From: Pirellula staleyi DSM 6068
Lineage (GTDB): Bacteria; Planctomycetota; Planctomycetia; Pirellulales; Pirellulaceae
DNA length: 32,000 bases
NCBI GenBank assembly: GCA_000025185.1
Contig: CP001848.1
Location: 4,890,001 to 4,922,000 of the forward strand
Direction: 5' to 3'
The first letter of the stretch is position 1. The number at the start of each line of letters is the position of its first letter. Of this stretch, positions 27,409-32,000 are shown in pieces. Made by a program: the position numbers and the translations under genes. The notes beneath the pieces are model-generated. The model had not been told where the DNA came from. It ran no database searches and worked only from the letters and a program-made list of their open reading frames with translations.

Positions 27409-28272
27409 CTACTCACCGGGGACCTCGATGGTGATGGTACGATGCGGAATGGTCTCGAGCGCAACGCTGCTGCTGCCAGTGGCGACATCCAGATCGAACG
27501 CTTGCCCCGGCGACTGCGACATCCGCTCGTAGAACTTATCGACCGGCTCTTGCAGCACGATCATTTCGTTCTCGCGAAGCCCAGCTTCCAGCGCCGGAGA
27601 AGCTGGTTTCACCTTGCGGACCACCAGCACCTGCGTGATCGAATCCCGATCTGACACTGTGATCACGTCGCCACGAAACCCGACTTTGTCGTAGCACAAT
27701 TCAATCCGCTGACGTTCGCCAACCAGCTGAAAGACCAGCATCCCACCGCCGGCGAAAATGCTCCCCAGCACCAGCATCGTCATCAGAGCGATGATGCGCA
27801 GGCCTATCACGTCGAGACTTTCGAGCCATGCTCGCTTACTGCGCGGAAGGAGGATCGCTACGCAGAGGAGCCACGCGAAAAGAACCATGCACCCGGCAAT
27901 GCCTACCAGAATGCCAGCCAGGATGCCAACGTACGACATCAGTGCGCATTGCAGCGACGCGATGCCCATGAACGTCAGCAGCGCGCGTAGGCCAAATCGC
28001 CAAGGTGAAAGGGGAGGGGGGGCCAGTTCAGCCGTGATGATCTCGGGCGCCGCTTTATTTGCCACAGAAGCAACTGCGGAAGCATCGGTAGCGATTAACT
28101 CGGCCCCGGAAGCGAGTAGCTCGCGGCGCCTGCGCGCGGCGAGGATATTTTCGGCCCGGGCGCGGACTTCATCTTCCACTTGCGCCACGTCGATCGCCGC
28201 AGGATCACTCGCTGCTAAATTCTGCTGGCGATCTTCGTTCATCGAGGAGCCCTCAGCTTGAACGCGTTTCAC
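27409..28272 (-). CDS. Hypothetical polytopic membrane protein with a C-terminal PDZ-like domain
   Basis: It has three or four TM helices (FMGIASLQCALMSYVGILAGILVGIAGCMVLFAWLLCVAILL, IIALMTMLVLGSIFAGGGMLVF). These are followed by VVRKVKPASPALEAGLRENEMIV, a PDZ-type motif. It starts 19 nt downstream of the rho stop on the same strand; the ATG at 28242 is an alternative start. Confidence 0.65.
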   Translation of the reverse strand: MKRVQAEGSSMNEDRQQNLAASDPAAIDVAQVEDEVRARAENILAARRRRELLASGAELIATDASAVASVANKAAPEIITAELAPPPLSPWRFGLRALLTFMGIASLQCALMSYVGILAGILVGIAGCMVLFAWLLCVAILLPRSKRAWLESLDVIGLRIIALMTMLVLGSIFAGGGMLVFQLVGERQRIELCYDKVGFRGDVITVSDRDSITQVLVVRKVKPASPALEAGLRENEMIVLQEPVDKFYERMSQSPGQAFDLDVATGSSSVALETIPHRTITIEVPGE

Positions 28273-28291
28273 AGGTGAATCCTAGCACCTG

Positions 28292-29848
28292 CTATTTCAC
28301 GTTCATACTCATCAGGAACTCGGCGTTCGTTTTGGTCTTGGCCATGCGCGTAACGAGCAGGTCCATGGCGTCGGGAGGATTCATCTCCGAGAGCAGCCGT
28401 CGCATCACGGAAACCCGGCGATATTCTTCGGGGTCCATCAGGATTTCTTCGCGACGTGTACCGCTGCGTGTGATATCGATGGCGGGCCAAATCCGCTTAT
28501 CGACCAAGCGACGATCGAGGTAGATTTCGAGGTTACCCGTTCCCTTGAACTCCTCGAAAATCACGTCGTCCATCTTGCTACCGGTATCGATGAGGGCAGT
28601 GGCCAGAATCGTGAGCGAGCCACCCTCTTCCACCTTACGTGCGGAGCCGAAGAAGCGTTTGGGCTGCTGCAGCGCGTTGGCATCGAGACCACCGGTGAGC
28701 AGTTTGCCCGACTGCGGGCATTCGCTGTTCCAAGCTCGCGCCAAACGAGTGATCGAGTCGAGAAAAATCACCACATCCACACCACATTCGACCAGTCGCT
28801 TCGCTTTTTCGAGCACCATTTGCGACACCTGCACATGGCGGGCGGGTGGCTCGTCGAACGTGCTGCTGATCACTTCGCAGTTAGGCCCTTTCACCTGACG
28901 TTCCATGTCGGTCACTTCTTCGGGTCGTTCGTCGACCAGCAGCATGATGACATAGGCTTCGGGAAAGTTCTGCAGCACCGCGCGGGCCATTTTCTGCATG
29001 ATGACCGTTTTGCCAGCTCGGGGCGGGCTCACAATCAAACCACGCTGACCAAAACCGATCGGCGTGACGAGGTCGATCACACGCGTGGCGATCTCGTCCG
29101 CATCGTATTCCATGGTGATCCGCTTGTCGGGATGCAGCGGCGTGAGATCATCGAACTGCACGCGATTTTGCGTGAGGTTCGGATCTTGATAGTTGATGGC
29201 TTCGACGCGCAGCAGCGCGAAATAGCGTTCGTTTTCTTTGGGGGGCCGAATCTGTCCCGAGACGGTAGCACCTGTCCGGAGACCGAAGCGGCGAATCTGA
29301 CTTGGCGAGACGTAAATGTCGTCGGGGCACGACAGGTAGTGATAGTCGGGAGAGCGGAGAAACCCGAAACCATCGGGCAGAATCTCGAGGGTCCCTTCGC
29401 CATACATCAGCCCGCTGATCTTCACGCGCTCTTTCAGAATCCGAAAAATCAGATCCTGACGCTTCATGCCAGCCGCTTCGTCGACATTCTCTTGACGCGC
29501 CTCTTCAATCAGCTGCGCCATGCTCATCCGCTGCAGTTCCGTGATGTGCAGTTCGGCCGCTTTGCTTTTGCCTGTTTCACCCGCAGCAATTTCTTCGGGG
29601 GTAAGGAGTTCGCTCTCGGCGGGAACTTGTCCGCGATCGGCCAGCTCTGCTAGCTCTTCGGCGAGCGAGAGGGGTTCCCCTTCGTTTTCGAGTTCGCGCA
29701 AGCGCTCAAGCTGGGCCGGGGAGAGCTCGGAGTTACCGCGCGGCGGTGGTCCGTTGGGACCACCGGACGACGAGTAGTTGCCAGATTGCTGGCCATCGCG
29801 GCGCGAATCTCGACCGATCCGCTGGCGAAAATTTTTGAACGTAGCCAT
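28292..29848 (-). CDS. rho: Transcription termination factor Rho, with a ~98-aa N-terminal low-complexity extension
   Basis: [18 protein letters not shown]...[10 protein letters not shown]...[17 protein letters not shown] is the Rho N-terminal / CSD region. Walker A is [35 protein letters not shown] and [23 protein letters not shown] are also present. Confidence 0.95.
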   Translation of the reverse strand: MATFKNFRQRIGRDSRRDGQQSGNYSSSGGPNGPPPRGNSELSPAQLERLRELENEGEPLSLAEELAELADRGQVPAESELLTPEEIAAGETGKSKAAELHITELQRMSMAQLIEEARQENVDEAAGMKRQDLIFRILKERVKISGLMYGEGTLEILPDGFGFLRSPDYHYLSCPDDIYVSPSQIRRFGLRTGATVSGQIRPPKENERYFALLRVEAINYQDPNLTQNRVQFDDLTPLHPDKRITMEYDADEIATRVIDLVTPIGFGQRGLIVSPPRAGKTVIMQKMARAVLQNFPEAYVIMLLVDERPEEVTDMERQVKGPNCEVISSTFDEPPARHVQVSQMVLEKAKRLVECGVDVVIFLDSITRLARAWNSECPQSGKLLTGGLDANALQQPKRFFGSARKVEEGGSLTILATALIDTGSKMDDVIFEEFKGTGNLEIYLDRRLVDKRIWPAIDITRSGTRREEILMDPEEYRRVSVMRRLLSEMNPPDAMDLLVTRMAKTKTNAEFLMSMNVK

Positions 29849-30762
29849 GGAAGCGTCGCTTCGCAGTGGAAGCGCTCCAGCGACAAGGCATGTCGTGCCG
29901 AGGCACGTGCGTGGGGGTGGGGAAGAGGATTTTGAAACTTGTAAACACCTGGGCGATTGCCCAGGCTGCTGCTGAAATCAAAAACCTGCGATGAGCGAGT
30001 GCTTCACGCGACAGGTCGGGAATTTCGACAGCTTGCTTACCAAGTTTCGGTAGTTGTGTAGGACAAGTTCACGGGGGGATGAGTTCGTTCGAACTACTAC
30101 TTAAGGAGTGTCGCGGCACGAAGGAATGTTTCATGATTCTTCGGTGCCGGAAGGAACTTCTTGCGAAATTCATCGCACACAAGCGTCGAGAATTCTGGCT
30201 TATGTACACACCAGGCGCAGTTCGAGCGCAAACGATCCACGAGTGGATTGGCTTAGGGCCGAGGAAGGACGGAAAGGAAACATTTCAGTTACGATGCGCA
30301 GGCCTAGTCACCTAATGTCCCTAGGGCGTACGAGCTTGCCAAAAGCACGAAGCGGAAGGAACACGGGGAGAGAAGACACGGGCATCGATGCATTCGATCG
30401 AAAACACCGTAACTCCTGCTGGCAAAATGCTGGCGAATGGGAGGGGAAAACGCAGCAAGCAGTCAGCGGAAAATTACAGCACCCAAGAGAAATACCAGAC
30501 ACGCAGAATAGCGGGCCTTGTCCTGGAGTCGCGAGCCGAAGTGATGCTCGAAAAGAGCACTCTTTGGAAGGATCTTTGCTCGCGACTGTCGTATTATGTC
30601 GCGCACGCCTACCCCAAGGGAAGAGGAAACCGCGAGAAATCCGAGATCACCGAATCGCTTCTGCACGCAGTTATTTGAGGAAAAAGGGGCGAAAACTGCG
30701 TGGGGAGATTAACTTCCCCTACTACTAGCGTCACGGGATTTGATGCCGCTACTAGACGACAA
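29849..30762 (-). promoter_or_regulatory. ~0.9 kb non-coding coaE-rho spacer: putative rho promoter plus long structured, pyrimidine-rich leader
   Basis: No ORF here has coding-like codon usage. My hand count of 30241-30660 on the plus strand gives A127 G126 C100 T67, so the rho-sense strand is ~60% pyrimidine with U about twice A. Hairpins: 29948-29965; 30527-30587 (10-bp stem with a nested 5-bp stem); 30664-30702 (9-bp stem). Confidence 0.4.
29948..29965 (-). terminator. Candidate attenuator/terminator hairpin in the rho leader
   Basis: The minus strand reads cctgggc-aatc-gcccagg (7-bp GC-rich stem, 4-nt loop) followed by tgtttacaagtttcaaaat. It lies ~100 nt upstream of the rho ATG. The U-tract is interrupted, so the call is weak. 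Confidence 0.3.
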
Positions 30763-31371
30763 TTATCGGCCACACTGACGCGAAACAAGCAGATCAAAAA
30801 TCTCGTCCACTTGCTGCAGAGTCGCGGCAGTAGTGCCACTGTTATCAATTACTGCCGATGCGTGCGTCCGTTTTTTCTCGAGGGGCCACTGCGCTTGTTC
30901 GCGGGCTGCGAACATGGCGTCGCTCCAGCCTCGGCTGCGAGCCCGCGCAAGTCGAGCCTCGTGCGGCGCATCGACAAACAGCACCACATCGCACAGGTCG
31001 CGCCAGCCCGCTTCCAGCAGCAGAGCAGCGTCGAGCACCACCAGTTTTTCGTCGGCAGCTCGATGTGCCTCGAGTTCGGCGAGCAGCTTCTGCTTAATGC
31101 GTGGGTGTGTTAGCTGATCGAGGAACTTGCGATCCTCTTTCTTGTCGTCGCCAAACACATGCCGCGCCACACTTGGCCGGTCGACCTGTCCCTGCGAATC
31201 GAGCACCTCGCTACCCCAGCGAGCGCGAATCGCTTCGATCACCTCAGGATCGCGCAGCACGGCGTGTCCTGTTTCATCGCCACTTAAGATTTTGCCACCC
31301 AACTCGGCCAGTCGCTTGGCCACGAGACTCTTGCCACTGGCAACACCTCCCACGAGTCCAACGACTTTCAT
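30763..31371 (-). CDS. coaE: Dephospho-CoA kinase
   Basis: MKVVGLVGGVASGKSLVAKRLAELGGKILSGDETGH contains the P-loop and the typical CoaE N-terminus; the ORF is 202 aa. Confidence 0.92.
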   Translation of the reverse strand: MKVVGLVGGVASGKSLVAKRLAELGGKILSGDETGHAVLRDPEVIEAIRARWGSEVLDSQGQVDRPSVARHVFGDDKKEDRKFLDQLTHPRIKQKLLAELEAHRAADEKLVVLDAALLLEAGWRDLCDVVLFVDAPHEARLARARSRGWSDAMFAAREQAQWPLEKKRTHASAVIDNSGTTAATLQQVDEIFDLLVSRQCGR

Positions 31372-31434
31372 GATGCGTCCCTCCTCGAGGAGAAATAGCT
31401 GTGGCCGATGCTCGCTTCGTCGCGAGAGAAAAAA

Positions 31435-32000
31435 TCACTTCCCCAGTGGTTCGCAGTCGGCCCAGTTGAGCCCCGTTTTTACATCGATTTTCAGTGGCAC
31501 CGAAATCTTCTCGGCGGTCGACATCGACTCCACTACCAAGTCGCGAAGCTGGCCCTGTTCTTCCGGTGGAAATTCAAACAGCAGTTCGTCGTGAATCTGC
31601 AGCAGCATGCGTGCCTGCAATTTTTCTTCCTTCAGTCGACGGTGCACCGTGATCATGGCCCGCTTGATGATGTCGGCCGCAGAGCCTTGAATCACCGTGT
31701 TGATAGCGATCCGTTCGGGGAGTGTGCGCTGCCGTTTGTCGTTCACGGCATGAGGGTCGCGAACGCCCGTGACGGGACGTCTGCGGCCCGCAATCGTGGT
31801 GACATAGCCTTGCTTGCGACAGCCGATCAGAGTCTCGCGCATGAAGTCGTCGACACCGGGATACTGCGCAAAGTAGGCCGAGATAAAGGCAGCTGCTTCG
31901 TCGTTCTCGATCCCTAGCGATCGGGCGAGTCCGAAAGGACTTTGGCCATAGATCACACCGAAGTTAATCGCCTTGGCAGATCGCCGCATTTCGGGAGTGA
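31435..32000 (-). CDS. polA: DNA polymerase I, C-terminal (palm/fingers) end; the gene continues beyond the right edge
   Basis: RRSAKAINFGVIYGQSPFGLA is motif B; QGSAADIIKRAM and LQIHDELLFE (motif C) are also present. The frame stays open upstream of the Met at 31989 (..TPEMRRSAK). Confidence 0.95.
   Translation of the reverse strand, partial: TPEMRRSAKAINFGVIYGQSPFGLARSLGIENDEAAAFISAYFAQYPGVDDFMRETLIGCRKQGYVTTIAGRRRPVTGVRDPHAVNDKRQRTLPERIAINTVIQGSAADIIKRAMITVHRRLKEEKLQARMLLQIHDELLFEFPPEEQGQLRDLVVESMSTAEKISVPLKIDVKTGLNWADCEPLGK

Noticed and set aside
30108-30728. 206-aa plus-strand ORF in the coaE-rho spacer, starting at a GTG directly abutting an AGGAG
   Set aside because: G/C at the third codon position is only about 40% in the first 25 codons I checked, whereas real genes here are visibly G/C-dominated there. 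The product is an R/S/G/E/K-rich string with no motif. The plus strand here is T-poor (67 of 420 nt), which by itself suppresses stop codons. The AGGAG has no spacer before the GTG.
1-32000. Mobile elements, prophage, defence islands, CRISPR arrays
   Set aside because: I recognised no integrase, transposase, recombinase, Cas, restriction-modification, toxin-antitoxin or phage structural motifs in any ORF. I saw no regularly spaced direct repeats. Apart from the two non-coding spacers, I saw no obvious compositional break. The gene content is core metabolism and information processing.

Overview
GC-rich bacterial chromosome, most likely Planctomycetota (Pirellulales-like). This origin is inferred from a DUF1559 / prepilin-type H-X9-DG protein, a DUF1080 protein, a proline-rich vWA membrane protein and scattered flagellar genes. 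The window is dominated by housekeeping genes, tightly packed on both strands: nadD, coaD, coaE, xylB, proA, rho, the polA 3' end, cls, fliM, an S41 protease, transporters and two membrane acyltransferases. I found no CRISPR array, tRNA/rRNA, integrase, transposase, phage, toxin-antitoxin or restriction-modification signature, and I cannot support a claim of a new multi-gene system here. The parts the gene models do not explain are: (1) a ~0.9 kb non-coding stretch between coaE and rho, pyrimidine-rich on the rho-sense strand and full of hairpins, which is a candidate rho leader/attenuator or ncRNA; (2) a ~1 kb ORF-poor divergent region between proA and the S41 protease gene, with a nested helix; (3) a 33-bp-armed inverted repeat enclosing ~126 bp between the acyltransferase and xylB genes, which looks REP/MITE-like. 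Smaller oddities are an Nramp-fold transporter lacking the canonical metal-binding motifs, a ~98-aa low-complexity N-terminal extension on Rho, an orphan COG4586-like ABC ATPase, an orphan fliM, and a small ORF translationally coupled to nadD. All protein calls rest on motif recognition by eye in the supplied translations. No database search was run. Many long ORFs in the track are antisense artefacts of high GC content.
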